From: a virus
Direction: 5' to 3' (one strand)
IMG/VR virus record: IMGVR_UViG_3300036864_000108
Coordinates: 5,755 to 69,754 of that record
DNA length: 64,000 nt
Made by a program: the position numbers and the translations under genes. The notes under the pieces are model-generated. The model did not search any database and had not been told where the DNA came from. It saw only the letters and a program-made list of their open reading frames with translations. Of the stretch, positions 50,840 through 60,776 are shown piece by piece. Positions within the stretch are counted from its first letter, which is position 1. The number at the start of each line of letters is the position of its first letter.

Positions 50840-53482
50840 CTAGTGGTATTCGACGTGGAGCAGCGCCGCCGAGGCGGCCTGCCCGTCGACCGCCCACGAG
50901 TTCCGCGTCCCCGTGCCGGTGACGAGCAGGGCGACTGCGTTACCGGACACCCAGCCGGGGCGGGCGACCACTTCTTGGACGACTGGGGCCAGGTTCGGTG
51001 TGGTGAACGTCCCGCCGACGGTCCACGCCCCAGGCGACCAGGAAGCGGACGCGGCGCCCGACGCGCGGGACGTGATGTTGTTCGTGGTAGCGGCGAACGT
51101 GGGGGCGTTGTCGACGGCCTGCGCCTTGAACGTCAACACGTCCGCTGCGGACCCGGCGTCCCGGGCGACGAACGTGACCGTCGCGTTCGTAACCGTCGCG
51201 CCCTGCGGGATGGTCAGGCTGGGGAACCGCAGCCCAACCTTCTGGCCCACACTCCCGTCGTTCGTCAGCTCGATGTCCGCTGACGTGGTGATGACGGTGC
51301 CCACCTGGTAGTTCGCGGTGTACTCCTCCGCGTCGTCCGTGGAAACGGTGATCCGCTTCTCAACGACCGTCGAACTCGGCGTCGGCGTCGGCGTCGGGGT
51401 GGTCGAAGTGGGCGTCGGGGTTGGTGTCGGAGTTGGCGTTGGGGTGGGTTCCGCGGTCACGCAGGCATCCGTGAACGGCGGGGCCCACGGCGCCCGCCGG
51501 TTCCCGCCACCGCCGACCGCCAGCGGACCGTTGTTGTCGATGATCTGCAACGCCGGGTACAGGGCCTGCAGATCGGCCATCGTCGCCGGGTCGGAGGTCC
51601 CACCCGCCGGGACAGCACCCCCATGCCACTCGCCCAACGCCGCCGCGTCCACCGCGAACGCGTAGTAGTCCCCGCCGGTCTCGTCGACCACGTACGCGCC
51701 GTAGTCCTTCAACGCCTGCGCGACCTTCCGGGCCTGCGCCGTCGACAGTGCGGCCACATCGAACGACGGCGGCAACGCCAACAAGGCGCCCATCTTCAGC
51801 TTCGGATTCGTGCCGCCGTACCTCGTCGCTGACACCGGGTCGTCCTCAGTCACCGCCGGCCAGCGATGCGACTGCCCGACACCCGCGTAGAAGCAGTACT
51901 GCGCGCAGTCGATGTTCATCTTCAACGCGTGCCGGATCGGCTCATCGTTGACGAGTTCACCTGGCCGCAGCGTCCCACCCACGGTGGACAACCCCGAACC
52001 GCCGTGCGCCCCCAACCGGCCGTCATCCTGCGACAAGCTGACCGGGTACGCCTTGTCCAGGTAAGCGAAGTCGTCGTAGTGCGGCTGCGTCATATCCCAC
52101 GACGGGTTACCGCCCGCCGTCAACGTGAGCGGCTGACCCTGCCACACGCTGTCGCCGTCTCCGCGGAGGAACGCGGCACCGCCGTTCCACGACCCGTCCC
52201 ATGCCATCCCGGCCGAGACATGGACCTGCCCGAGCGGCCCGTCGTCAGCGGATGTAAGCGTCTTCAACGGGTCCGCGGCGTTGAGCCCCAGGAACTCCTC
52301 GTCCGGCTGCGTTCCCGCACTCGCCGACGTCTGCAGTCCGGCTGCCGCGTACACGGCCTTCGACCCGAGCGGCGTGTTCCAGATCGAGTCGCGGGTGAAC
52401 GGCCACGTCAGCTTCGACCGGGACGTGGGGAACGCCGGTGCCGTGGGCGTCGGAGTTGGGGTTGGGGTTGGGGTTGGCGTGGGCGTCGCCGTTTCCGTGG
52501 CCGTCGGGGTCGGGCTCGGCGTCACCGCCGTGTTGGTCACCTCCGTACCCGAATCCAGCACCACACCCGTCTTCGCCGGGCAGTCCACCGACGTGGACCC
52601 GTTCCAGCAGCGACCCGAACCCAGGAACTGCCAATCGTACGAGTCGGTGTGCAACGTCAGCTTGATCACACCGAAGTCGGTGCCGTCCACGAACTGCGAC
52701 CCAGCGTGGACCGGGGAGCCGGGAGCATACAACTGGTTGCCGCCCGTCCCAACCACAATCTCCCGAATACCAGCAGCCGCCGTGGCACCCGCGCAGTCCA
52801 TCTTCGCGAACCGCTCATAGTGATGCTCATGCCCGACGAGGACCAGGTCCGCGCCGACCGCCTGCAGCTCGTTCCACATCGGGCACACGCTGGTCGTGTC
52901 CCCATGAACGCTCCCCGACACGTACCTCGGGTGATGCGTGTACGCCAAGTAATGCATTCCCGGGTGCGCCGCCAGATCGGCGTGCAGCCATGTGATCTGC
53001 GCTGAGCCGGCACTCGTCGACGTTTCCGTGTTCAACGCGTACGCCCGCCACCCGTTCCCCACATCCCACGCGTACCATGCCTGCACCGGATCGTTGTTCT
53101 GCGTCACCGCAGCCTGCCCGAAGTAGCCCAGGTACCCGGCGGGCGGGTTCGCGTGATACTCGTGGTTCCCCGGCGTCGGCCTCGTCTTCGCCTTGAAACT
53201 GCCCCACGTCGGGTCGTACTTCGAGCTGTAGTCCGTGGCGGACCCGTCCGGGTACGCGTTGTCCCCGGCCGTGAACACCCAGTTGGGGTTCCCGGAACGG
53301 ATCAGGTCCCCGGTGGCCGTCGCGTTGACCATGATGTCGCCCGAGTCGACGATGTCCCCCGCACCCATCAGAGTCACCGGAGTGTCGACCGCCGCCGCCA
53401 CCCGGGTCAGCATCACCAGCGACCCGACCAGCAGTATGACCGCAGCGGGAATCACAGCACGACGCACAGAGGCACCCTTCAC
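50840..53482 (-). CDS. Secreted metallophosphoesterase (purple acid phosphatase-like) with PT linkers, central unknown domain and C-terminal DNRLRE/CBM96-like domain
   Basis: Signal peptide; AGD, GDNAY, PGNHEY, HHP, GHEHHYER, VGTGG; DDAEE..GLRF..L.IPQGA.VTNA. Confidence 0.85.
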   Translation of the reverse strand: MKGASVRRAVIPAAVILLVGSLVMLTRVAAAVDTPVTLMGAGDIVDSGDIMVNATATGDLIRSGNPNWVFTAGDNAYPDGSATDYSSKYDPTWGSFKAKTRPTPGNHEYHANPPAGYLGYFGQAAVTQNNDPVQAWYAWDVGNGWRAYALNTETSTSAGSAQITWLHADLAAHPGMHYLAYTHHPRYVSGSVHGDTTSVCPMWNELQAVGADLVLVGHEHHYERFAKMDCAGATAAAGIREIVVGTGGNQLYAPGSPVHAGSQFVDGTDFGVIKLTLHTDSYDWQFLGSGRCWNGSTSVDCPAKTGVVLDSGTEVTNTAVTPSPTPTATETATPTPTPTPTPTPTPTAPAFPTSRSKLTWPFTRDSIWNTPLGSKAVYAAAGLQTSASAGTQPDEEFLGLNAADPLKTLTSADDGPLGQVHVSAGMAWDGSWNGGAAFLRGDGDSVWQGQPLTLTAGGNPSWDMTQPHYDDFAYLDKAYPVSLSQDDGRLGAHGGSGLSTVGGTLRPGELVNDEPIRHALKMNIDCAQYCFYAGVGQSHRWPAVTEDDPVSATRYGGTNPKLKMGALLALPPSFDVAALSTAQARKVAQALKDYGAYVVDETGGDYYAFAVDAAALGEWHGGAVPAGGTSDPATMADLQALYPALQIIDNNGPLAVGGGGNRRAPWAPPFTDACVTAEPTPTPTPTPTPTPTSTTPTPTPTPSSTVVEKRITVSTDDAEEYTANYQVGTVITTSADIELTNDGSVGQKVGLRFPSLTIPQGATVTNATVTFVARDAGSAADVLTFKAQAVDNAPTFAATTNNITSRASGAASASWSPGAWTVGGTFTTPNLAPVVQEVVARPGWVSGNAVALLVTGTGTRNSWAVDGQAASAALLHVEYH

Positions 53483-53928
53483 CAGTGGAGATAAGCCCAG
53501 CCGGCGCTGCCAACGATGTTGCAGTACGAATAGCCCCCGCGTTTCATCGCCACATACACCACCGGTGAATACGGGCCAGAAGAGTCGACCCAGTATTCTT
53601 CGGCACCGTCGAAAACCCAGTCCCTAGTCGACGACGAGTGCCCATACCTGTCGAACACTTTGCGACGATATGAGTCGCCGATCCACACCCGCCAGTCGAA
53701 CGGGCCGCCCAGAGACTCCATCTGAACAAGCATGACCTGCCCATACGTGGGGCCGATGTTCTGATAATGACCCCACGAGACCCACCGGTTCATGGCCCAA
53801 CCACCGGACGTGCAAGCATCGGGGCCGTCAGTGAGTTGATGCGCGTACGCGGGCGTCACCGTAAAACTGAGCACCGACAAGGCTGTGAGGAGAACCGTCA
53901 CGCAGAATCGGCGCAGCCAACCGCGCAT
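53479..53928 (-). CDS. Secreted hypothetical protein
   Basis: Signal peptide ending PAYA; aromatic-rich; two mature Cys. Confidence 0.7.
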   Translation of the reverse strand: MRGWLRRFCVTVLLTALSVLSFTVTPAYAHQLTDGPDACTSGGWAMNRWVSWGHYQNIGPTYGQVMLVQMESLGGPFDWRVWIGDSYRRKVFDRYGHSSSTRDWVFDGAEEYWVDSSGPYSPVVYVAMKRGGYSYCNIVGSAGWAYLHW

Positions 53929-53973
53929 GAGCCACCTCCCGGGACATGGTGTGAGGGCGGGGCGACCGGTCAG

Positions 53974-55599
53974 CTAGGGGTCTGTCGCGATCGCGGTGAC
54001 ATACTCCACTGTCCCCGGGTCGCCGTAGCGAATCCAATAACAGGTCACGTTCTGGTCAGCAGGTCCGTCCGAAAATGCAGCCCGACACGTATCCTCTGTC
54101 GGCTGCACCTTCGCCACCGACCCCGGCCCCGAATTCTCATAAGCAACGTCGAACCCGTTCGCGTCAGCTAGGTCATCAAGGATCGCGTTCGTCGTGTTCG
54201 GGTTATTCGCCCACGTCCCCCACACCGCGACCTCGGTGCCGTCCGGCACCCCGTCGATCTGGCGGGCGAACATATGACCGCGCGGGAACTTCCCATCGTT
54301 CTCCGGGATCGTGCCCGAGCACAAGTTCCCGGCCACCACTTGGTCGACCTCAGCCTCGGTCATGTTGTTCCCCGGGTACAGCGGTGCCGGCAAGCCCGGG
54401 TCCGCATGCGTCGCCGGGAACGCCTTCGCGGCATTGACCGCGCTGATCTGCCAGTTCTGGAACTCGACTACCCGATTGAGCATCCAGTCGGTGAACGCCC
54501 GCGCCTGCGACGACGATCCTGAGCAGGGCCGGTACGACGGCACGGGGTTGTCCGTGGCAAGCGCGTTGAACACCCAGTACGTGTCGGTGCCGTCCGGCAG
54601 GACCGACCGGTTGGGGTAGCCCAGCTCACCCAGTGTGGTCCCGCCGACCCGGGTATGAAGGAAATCACGGGTCGGGCCGAACTCGGCAAACACTCGCAAC
54701 GCATACTCCTCAGCTTCCGCGCGCAACGTCTTGTTCGACAGCAAATCCACCTCGTCGGATCCCGTATAGACGTTGCCCGCCTGGTCGATGAACTTCGCGT
54801 TCGGCGTGTTCTCGATGAACGTCGGCGGGTGATGCATCCCCCAGTTCAGTGACACCTGGCAGCCGGCCGCCTGATATGCGTCATATTTGGCCCGCTGCGT
54901 GTCGAAGTAGCTCGCCGACCAGGCGTCGTCGGTCGGTTCGGCGGACTGCCAACTCATCTCCACCACCGCGACGGTTACGTTATTCGTGGAGCAGTACCCG
55001 GCTGGGACCGGAGCGGTAGGGACGTTGAACATCCCCCACCTCAACTGCTTCACCAGCGGGTCCGTCCAGGTAACGGCGAGTTGCGGGCGCCGCGCCGCAT
55101 TGGTGGACTCGCGGCTGTCCCACGAGTACTGCGTCGACGGTGTCGTCTGCAGCACGTAACATACCGGGCCGTTGGCGGCGCTGCCGACCGGAAAAGACAC
55201 CGTCTGCGTGTTGACCCAACTCGCGGCGGTGGCCAACTGCACACCCGGCGCTGGTTTGTTGTTCCACGTCAGGCTGGATTCCGCCCACCCGCATGGTGCC
55301 GCCAGCACCTTCGCGCCCGTCCCGGCGTTCTGCGCCGTCACCTTCAACGTCGCCGCCGCATCGGTGGCCCCAGCCGGGATACCGGACACGTCGAATCGCA
55401 GGTACGCCCATCGGCTGCCCGACCCCGAGTTCGTCTTCAATGCCCCACCCGCGTGTGTCGCATTCGGGTTGCCCTGCGACACGTACGCGTCACCTGTCGC
55501 CGTGAATGCACCAGATCCAGCCACCGCGGGAGATAGCAACATTGCGAACCAACCGGCGACAAGAACCACCACAACGGACAAGATTGACCTGCGTGACAC
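53974..55599 (-). CDS. Secreted DNRLRE/CBM96-like domain plus clan GH-A (GH42-like) glycoside hydrolase
   Basis: Signal peptide; DAYV..NP...AYLRFDVSG...W.E..LTWNNKP...SRE....RPQL; SW...EP....W...YF, HHPP, RVGG...GEL.YP, YENSG. Confidence 0.75.
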   Translation of the reverse strand: MSRRSILSVVVVLVAGWFAMLLSPAVAGSGAFTATGDAYVSQGNPNATHAGGALKTNSGSGSRWAYLRFDVSGIPAGATDAAATLKVTAQNAGTGAKVLAAPCGWAESSLTWNNKPAPGVQLATAASWVNTQTVSFPVGSAANGPVCYVLQTTPSTQYSWDSRESTNAARRPQLAVTWTDPLVKQLRWGMFNVPTAPVPAGYCSTNNVTVAVVEMSWQSAEPTDDAWSASYFDTQRAKYDAYQAAGCQVSLNWGMHHPPTFIENTPNAKFIDQAGNVYTGSDEVDLLSNKTLRAEAEEYALRVFAEFGPTRDFLHTRVGGTTLGELGYPNRSVLPDGTDTYWVFNALATDNPVPSYRPCSGSSSQARAFTDWMLNRVVEFQNWQISAVNAAKAFPATHADPGLPAPLYPGNNMTEAEVDQVVAGNLCSGTIPENDGKFPRGHMFARQIDGVPDGTEVAVWGTWANNPNTTNAILDDLADANGFDVAYENSGPGSVAKVQPTEDTCRAAFSDGPADQNVTCYWIRYGDPGTVEYVTAIATDP

Positions 55600-55675
55600 A
55601 AATGTCTCCTGTGGGGCATGGGGAGGGCGGGGCAACCGGTCAGCTATGCGGCCACCCCACCCAGAACGAGGGGGA

Positions 55676-56170
55676 CTAGCGTGTCGCGGCGCAGCGGACA
55701 TCCGAAGGATTCAGTTGCCGGTCAACGACGATGTCCCGCCAACCCACCTGCTCCAACACCGCGCGTAGCCGCTCCGGGCGGATATTCGCATAGTGCTCCC
55801 CCGGGCGCAGCCATGGGCCGCCGTCCACCCCGGAATGCACCGGCCGGCCCGGCGCCGCCGTGGTCGCCACGAACAGGCCACCCGGGGCGCATGCCTTGAA
55901 CGCCGTGGCGCAGATCGCTGGCCACGAGCCGGTGTGCTCGAACAGTTCGCAGGCGAGGACGACGTCGTACTCCCGGTCAGGGGTCCACGAAGCGGCGTCC
56001 GCGACGATGTCGACGTTCTCGCCGGCCGCGATGTCGAGCACCCTGTAAACGACGGCGTTCGGGAACAGGTCGCGGGGGCTCCCGTTGATGAATCTTCCAC
56101 CAAGGTCCAGGACCGTCACGGGGTCGTCCGTGGTATACCGGGCCACCCACGCGTACGCCTCAGGATGCAA
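55676..56170 (-). CDS. Class I SAM-dependent methyltransferase
   Basis: MHPEA...VLDLGGR.INGS.R...Y..LD......VD..DA..W.P...D.V...E.FEH; paralog of domain 1 of 40339..41397. Confidence 0.85.
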   Translation of the reverse strand: MHPEAYAWVARYTTDDPVTVLDLGGRFINGSPRDLFPNAVVYRVLDIAAGENVDIVADAASWTPDREYDVVLACELFEHTGSWPAICATAFKACAPGGLFVATTAAPGRPVHSGVDGGPWLRPGEHYANIRPERLRAVLEQVGWRDIVVDRQLNPSDVRCAATR

Positions 56171-57824
56171 AGGTCCGGGACCGTTCCTCGAACAATGCCC
56201 GATCCTTCTCGGCGTGGGACTGGCCGAGCTCGTACACATCGTCCGTCTCGGCCTTCCCCCAGGCGGGATGCATGTGCTCGACGATCGACCCTGGGGCCAT
56301 CACCCACGTCCCGCGTTGCTTCGCCACCGCAACGACCTCATCGTCCACGAACCAGTGGCCATACGACTCATGCGCGACAATCTTCGGACCATCCCATGAT
56401 GCGCCCTGCTCATCCACATACGACCGGCGGATGAGCAGGTGCGTGGCGTGTCCCCCGCTGGTGACCCGCGGGTTCCCAAGATCATTCGTGCCGACCACAT
56501 CAGCACCATCGCGGGCGGCAGCCTGCGCGTGATCCAACCAGCCCGGGTGAAACCGCACGTCATCACCGACGAGAAACAGCCACGGCTGCATGGTATTGGC
56601 GTACCCGAGATTCACCTTCTCCGCGAACGTCACAGCCTCATCGACGATCAACTGCGCGCCGGCAGCCTTCCATGCCTGCCGCGTCTCGTGATCCTCACGA
56701 TGTACGACCGCGTACACGTCCGCCAACCCAGTGGACGCCAACAGCGACGCCATGAACGGTGCCGCGTTCTGCGGGCGCCGCATCACCGGGACGATCACCG
56801 CGACCCGCTCCGTCGCCGGCTGAACAGGTGACACGGGCAAGGCCATCTTCGCCAGCGCGACCTCCCCGAAGTAGTCGTCCTCGGCCAGCCACACCGTTTT
56901 CTCATGCGACGTCTTCACACCCGTGTGCACATGCACCGGAATGTTCATCGCCCCCGCGCGGAGGCAGAACGACAGGTCCTCCGACACAACCTGACCCATC
57001 GTCGTGTTCGGCACCCGGTCATACCACACAGGCCCGAACTTGGCCTCCAACCGCTCAAACACGCTGCGGTGGATCAGGATGCAAGCCGAGCCGGTGCCCG
57101 CGCAGCGCACCAGCGTGTCCCGCGGGTAGTCCCAGCGGACCGCGAACCCCATCTGCCCGTCGTCCAACTTCAACCAGTCGAACACTGTCGGCGTGGCCCG
57201 GCACCGCCACCCGCCTATCCCGTCCGACTTCTCTTCCCGCTGCGAGAATGCGAGCCCGCCGACGATCGGCCGTTCCACCGGATCGGCAGCCTCAAGGAGC
57301 CGATCCACCGTGTCCGACGCGAACCCCATGTCCGTGTCCACCCAGAACAGCCACTCGGCCTGGTGTTCCTCAAGGAACACCTTCACGGCCTTGTTCCGGG
57401 CGTCGACGAGGCCGTCGGTGCCGTACTTCCATGCGATCCAGCCGCCGCGCATCACCCGCGCGTCATGCTCGATGTCCCAGCCGAGCATCTGAATGACCGA
57501 GTGGTGCCACGAGTAGGTGACGGTCTTGGAGTACACGTAGGCGACCGTCACCGCATCCGGCTCAACCTCAGGCTTCGGCTCGGCATCCGGAGACATCTGC
57601 TCGGCCACTCGGGTGCCCTGGCGCGCGTAGGCGAACCAGCCACGACGCGCGTCATCCGCCTCCGCGCGCGCGAGACCACCTAGCACAGACTGCCGGTCGC
57701 CCTCCTCGATGACTTGGCGCGCCCGAGCCTCCGGCAGACCGATCGCGAGCAGCCGATGCAAGAGATCGGCCTGCTCCGCCTCATCCGCCTCGTCCGTGCT
57801 TGGCAGCTCCGCGTCGTCAGCCAC
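56160..57824 (-). CDS. Double GT-A (GT2-like) glycosyltransferase
   Basis: ARN......EWLFWVDTDMGF...G.ACILIHRSV..SEDLSFC.R..H.K; second domain VIVPV..RP..FAEKVN.G..LFLVGDDV.F..HWFVDDE..VEHMHP. Confidence 0.85.
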   Translation of the reverse strand: MADDAELPSTDEADEAEQADLLHRLLAIGLPEARARQVIEEGDRQSVLGGLARAEADDARRGWFAYARQGTRVAEQMSPDAEPKPEVEPDAVTVAYVYSKTVTYSWHHSVIQMLGWDIEHDARVMRGGWIAWKYGTDGLVDARNKAVKVFLEEHQAEWLFWVDTDMGFASDTVDRLLEAADPVERPIVGGLAFSQREEKSDGIGGWRCRATPTVFDWLKLDDGQMGFAVRWDYPRDTLVRCAGTGSACILIHRSVFERLEAKFGPVWYDRVPNTTMGQVVSEDLSFCLRAGAMNIPVHVHTGVKTSHEKTVWLAEDDYFGEVALAKMALPVSPVQPATERVAVIVPVMRRPQNAAPFMASLLASTGLADVYAVVHREDHETRQAWKAAGAQLIVDEAVTFAEKVNLGYANTMQPWLFLVGDDVRFHPGWLDHAQAAARDGADVVGTNDLGNPRVTSGGHATHLLIRRSYVDEQGASWDGPKIVAHESYGHWFVDDEVVAVAKQRGTWVMAPGSIVEHMHPAWGKAETDDVYELGQSHAEKDRALFEERSRTFAS

Positions 57825-58065
57825 GCCGAACGTTCCGCTTCTCCCCAGGCGCCGCCGTCGCCTGCTCCACCGGCGGCTCAGACATTTCCGGCGGCGGCGG
57901 CCCCGTCCACGACAGGCCGTACCGCGGGTCCGCCGCGAACACCCCCGGATACGCCCGCACCAGCGGGTCATCCGCTGACCAGTGTGTGCCCTTCCGCACC
58001 AGCACCGACGAGCCGTCCGGTGACGTCAACGACGCCGTCTCCGTCGCGAACACAACATCCATCAC
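57817..58065 (-). CDS. Small capsid-associated protein
   Basis: G.HW.ADDPLVR.YP..F...VEQATAAPGEKR. Confidence 0.7.
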   Translation of the reverse strand: MMDVVFATETASLTSPDGSSVLVRKGTHWSADDPLVRAYPGVFAADPRYGLSWTGPPPPEMSEPPVEQATAAPGEKRNVRRG

Positions 58066-58307
58066 ACATCGACCCCGAGTTCGTGCAAGCGGGCCACAGC
58101 CTTCTTCGCGCCGTCCTTGTCGCCCACTCGCTCATACGTCTCCAGGTCGGCGAGCGCCGAGTGAACGGCCGGGTCGGATGACTCCCCGGCCCGACCCAGC
58201 ACCGGGGCCGCCTTGTGCTCGGCGACCTTGTGCTCCGGCTTCGGATCGGGGGTCTTCGATTCGGACACGTCGGTCTCCCTCAGGTGCGGAACGTCCGATA
58301 ACTTCAC
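58062..58307 (-). CDS. Small hypothetical protein
   Basis: L.RAGESSDPAVH..LA; start uncertain. Confidence 0.55.
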   Translation of the reverse strand: MKLSDVPHLRETDVSESKTPDPKPEHKVAEHKAAPVLGRAGESSDPAVHSALADLETYERVGDKDGAKKAVARLHELGVDV

Positions 58308-58327
58308 GGGCTTCGACCTCCGTGAGC

Positions 58328-58370
58328 CGCACCCGACGGGGAGGGTTCAACGGCCTCCCCGTCAGGTGCG
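58328..58370. terminator. Hairpin after the major capsid gene
   Basis: CGCACCcGACGGGGAGG...CCTCCCCGTCaGGTGCG. Confidence 0.6.
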
Positions 58371-58377
58371 AGATCAA

Positions 58378-59841
58378 CTAACCGTGCACAAGCAGGCGGA
58401 AAGCCCCAGCGTTGGCCACATCAGACCCGATCCGGGCATATGCGAACCAACCGCGCTGTCCGGTTGGCATGCCCACCCCGGCGCCGGCGGTCTGCTGCTG
58501 GAACAGCGTCGGCACCAGTTCCACCGACATGCCGCCGTTCCGGGCGATCACAAAGTTGTTCCAGTCGCCGACGATCGCCTGACCTTCAGCGGTGGTCGTC
58601 CACGTCGTCGTATTCGGCATATACGGCGACTCGTACACAGCCGAGTTGAACAGCTGGTCGGCCCAACCCTCCGGCAGGTTCACGGTGTAGCCGTGGAACA
58701 CGTTCGCCGCGCCGATCTGCCGGATCGCGTTGTTCACGCCCACCGACATGAGCCACGCCGCGTTCCGCCGGAACCGCTGCGGAAGGGCCTGCCACAGCTT
58801 GTACGGGTCGGGTGCGCCGATGGTCCCGGCGGTGGTGACCGTCACCCTCGAACCGGCGGTCGCCGAGATCGCGGTCAAAATCCCCTTCGGCTCACCTGTG
58901 CCGGACCCGCGGGTGAACTTGTCGACCAGCAGCTCGTCGTAGCCCTCCGCGAGCAGCGTCGACATTTCCGACGCGAACTGCGGGTAGTCCTGCCCAACCT
59001 CGATCGAGTAGGGGATGAATCCGCGGGCCATGTGCACCGACACGGTCGGCTGCGCCAGAGTCGGCGAGTTGTCCGTCGCCGCCGCCGCTTCCGTCTGGAA
59101 CGCCCACGTCACACCAGCCGACGAGACACCCTTCCAAGTGTTCGTGTTGATGGTGACCTGTCGGGCCAGGGTCAGGAACGGGTTCCCGGAGCCCTGCGCC
59201 GTCATGATGATCGACGGGTCAATGAAAACGGGAATCCCGAACCCGCCCGCGGTGGTCGTCACCTCACCCATCGCCCGAAACTCGGACCACGCCTGCATGG
59301 CGCGGGACTCCTCCTGGGTGAGGAACGGGTGCGGGTCCGTGACCATCTTCATCCACGCCGACCGGTAGTCATCGTTCTCGGTGACAAGGATGCGGCGGGC
59401 GAGAGTCGAATCACGGCGAAGCGACCGCGCGACCTGATCCTTCTGGTCGGCGGTCAGGTGCATCGTGGCCTCACGGTTGTCCAGGACCCGCAGCGCACGG
59501 TCCCGGGCCTCCGGGTTGTGCAACCGACGCACATCGGAGTACGGGTCGTCGGGCTGACCACCCAGACGGCTGTACTCGATCGACTTCGGCTGTCGGCGAA
59601 GCACCTCGTTGATCGCGCGGTGCTCCTCGTACATCTCCTCGGCACGCTCATGCACGGCGATGAGGTGCTGCAGCGCCGTCTTCTCCGCGTCGGTGAGCTG
59701 GCGGAGTTCACCGTTCTCGGTCTGGTGCAGTTCACGGATCTGCGCCTTGGTGACGGCGATGATGTTGGCGATCTCCTCCGGGGTCCTTCCCCGCAGGTCA
59801 TCGAGCGAATACTGCCGCTCTTCCTTCTTGTCGTCTGGCAT
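58378..59841 (-). CDS. Major capsid protein (HK97 fold, with delta domain)
   Basis: AGGF.IPV.IDP.II, W..EA, S.E...D, GSG..EPKGI, A.WLM, GD...F.I..R.G. Confidence 0.95.
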   Translation of the reverse strand: MPDDKKEERQYSLDDLRGRTPEEIANIIAVTKAQIRELHQTENGELRQLTDAEKTALQHLIAVHERAEEMYEEHRAINEVLRRQPKSIEYSRLGGQPDDPYSDVRRLHNPEARDRALRVLDNREATMHLTADQKDQVARSLRRDSTLARRILVTENDDYRSAWMKMVTDPHPFLTQEESRAMQAWSEFRAMGEVTTTAGGFGIPVFIDPSIIMTAQGSGNPFLTLARQVTINTNTWKGVSSAGVTWAFQTEAAAATDNSPTLAQPTVSVHMARGFIPYSIEVGQDYPQFASEMSTLLAEGYDELLVDKFTRGSGTGEPKGILTAISATAGSRVTVTTAGTIGAPDPYKLWQALPQRFRRNAAWLMSVGVNNAIRQIGAANVFHGYTVNLPEGWADQLFNSAVYESPYMPNTTTWTTTAEGQAIVGDWNNFVIARNGGMSVELVPTLFQQQTAGAGVGMPTGQRGWFAYARIGSDVANAGAFRLLVHG

Positions 59842-60776
59842 TACAGCGCTCCTAGCGCGCGGAGGACACCCTGACGGATGTCGTCGTCGAAAGCGGTCTG
59901 TGACACGGCGCCGTTCCCTGGGCCCGCGTCTTCCTGCTCACCGCCACCCGCGCTCCGCGCGTCGGGCCGCCCGGTGAAATCCGTTGGTTGCCGGCCAGCG
60001 GCGCGGCAGGCAGCCTCGAAAGCGCCCGTGTCACGCTGCCGCAGCCGCTCATAAAACTCGTCGGTGGCGGACCGCACACCAGCGGTCGCCTCAGGGTTCG
60101 CGGGGAACGTCACCGGCCCGAACTCCATCGTCTTCGTCCGGGTGATCGTCCGCTCCGGGATGCCCTTCGGGTTACGATCCGACGTCTCCGGTTCGTCGTC
60201 CCACGAGTCGGCGAGGACCCGCATCCGGAAACTGGCGCCGTACACACCAGCTTTCAGGCCGGGCAGCAGGTCACGGTTGTAGGCCGTGTCGAACAGCGGC
60301 ACCTCGTAGTAGGGGCCGGTGTCGTCCTCACGCAGATCCTCGATCGGGCCCAGTACCTTGTTCCCGACACTCACGTCGTGACCGTGGTCGAACAGGACAC
60401 GCATCGCGTCGCGGTCCTCCGAGATGGTCTGCGTGAACGCGCCAGGCGCGACCCGCTCCAGGAAGTCACCCTCCCACAGCGAATGCACCTCGTACCATGT
60501 GTCGAACGTGGAGAAATGCCCGGCGAGAGTACCCAAGCTGTCGTCCTTGGATGCTGCGCGGAGTTCGGGGGCGACGCTGAGCGCCCGCACCACATCAACG
60601 TCAGGGGCGAACACAGAACCGGCCATCTTCGCCTCCTTGGCGTACAGCAACTTCACCTGCGCCTCGGCCTTCGCCTTCGTGGCGTGGCAGGCGACCTTCT
60701 CACCAGTAGTCGTCTTCATGACAGCCCACGGTTTCGTATCTGAACAGCCATGCCCTTTCTCCACAGACCAGGGCAC
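59841..60776 (-). CDS. HK97-family prohead protease
   Basis: L.GHFS.F..WY...F.E...PGAF, LFDHG, L.ED..G, GASFR, EFGPVTFPA. Confidence 0.95.
   Translation of the reverse strand: MPWSVEKGHGCSDTKPWAVMKTTTGEKVACHATKAKAEAQVKLLYAKEAKMAGSVFAPDVDVVRALSVAPELRAASKDDSLGTLAGHFSTFDTWYEVHSLWEGDFLERVAPGAFTQTISEDRDAMRVLFDHGHDVSVGNKVLGPIEDLREDDTGPYYEVPLFDTAYNRDLLPGLKAGVYGASFRMRVLADSWDDEPETSDRNPKGIPERTITRTKTMEFGPVTFPANPEATAGVRSATDEFYERLRQRDTGAFEAACRAAGRQPTDFTGRPDARSAGGGEQEDAGPGNGAVSQTAFDDDIRQGVLRALGAL

Noticed and set aside
51375-52520. (CCGACG/CCAACC)n tandem repeats
   Set aside because: They encode ordinary Pro-Thr linkers between domains of the secreted phosphatase.
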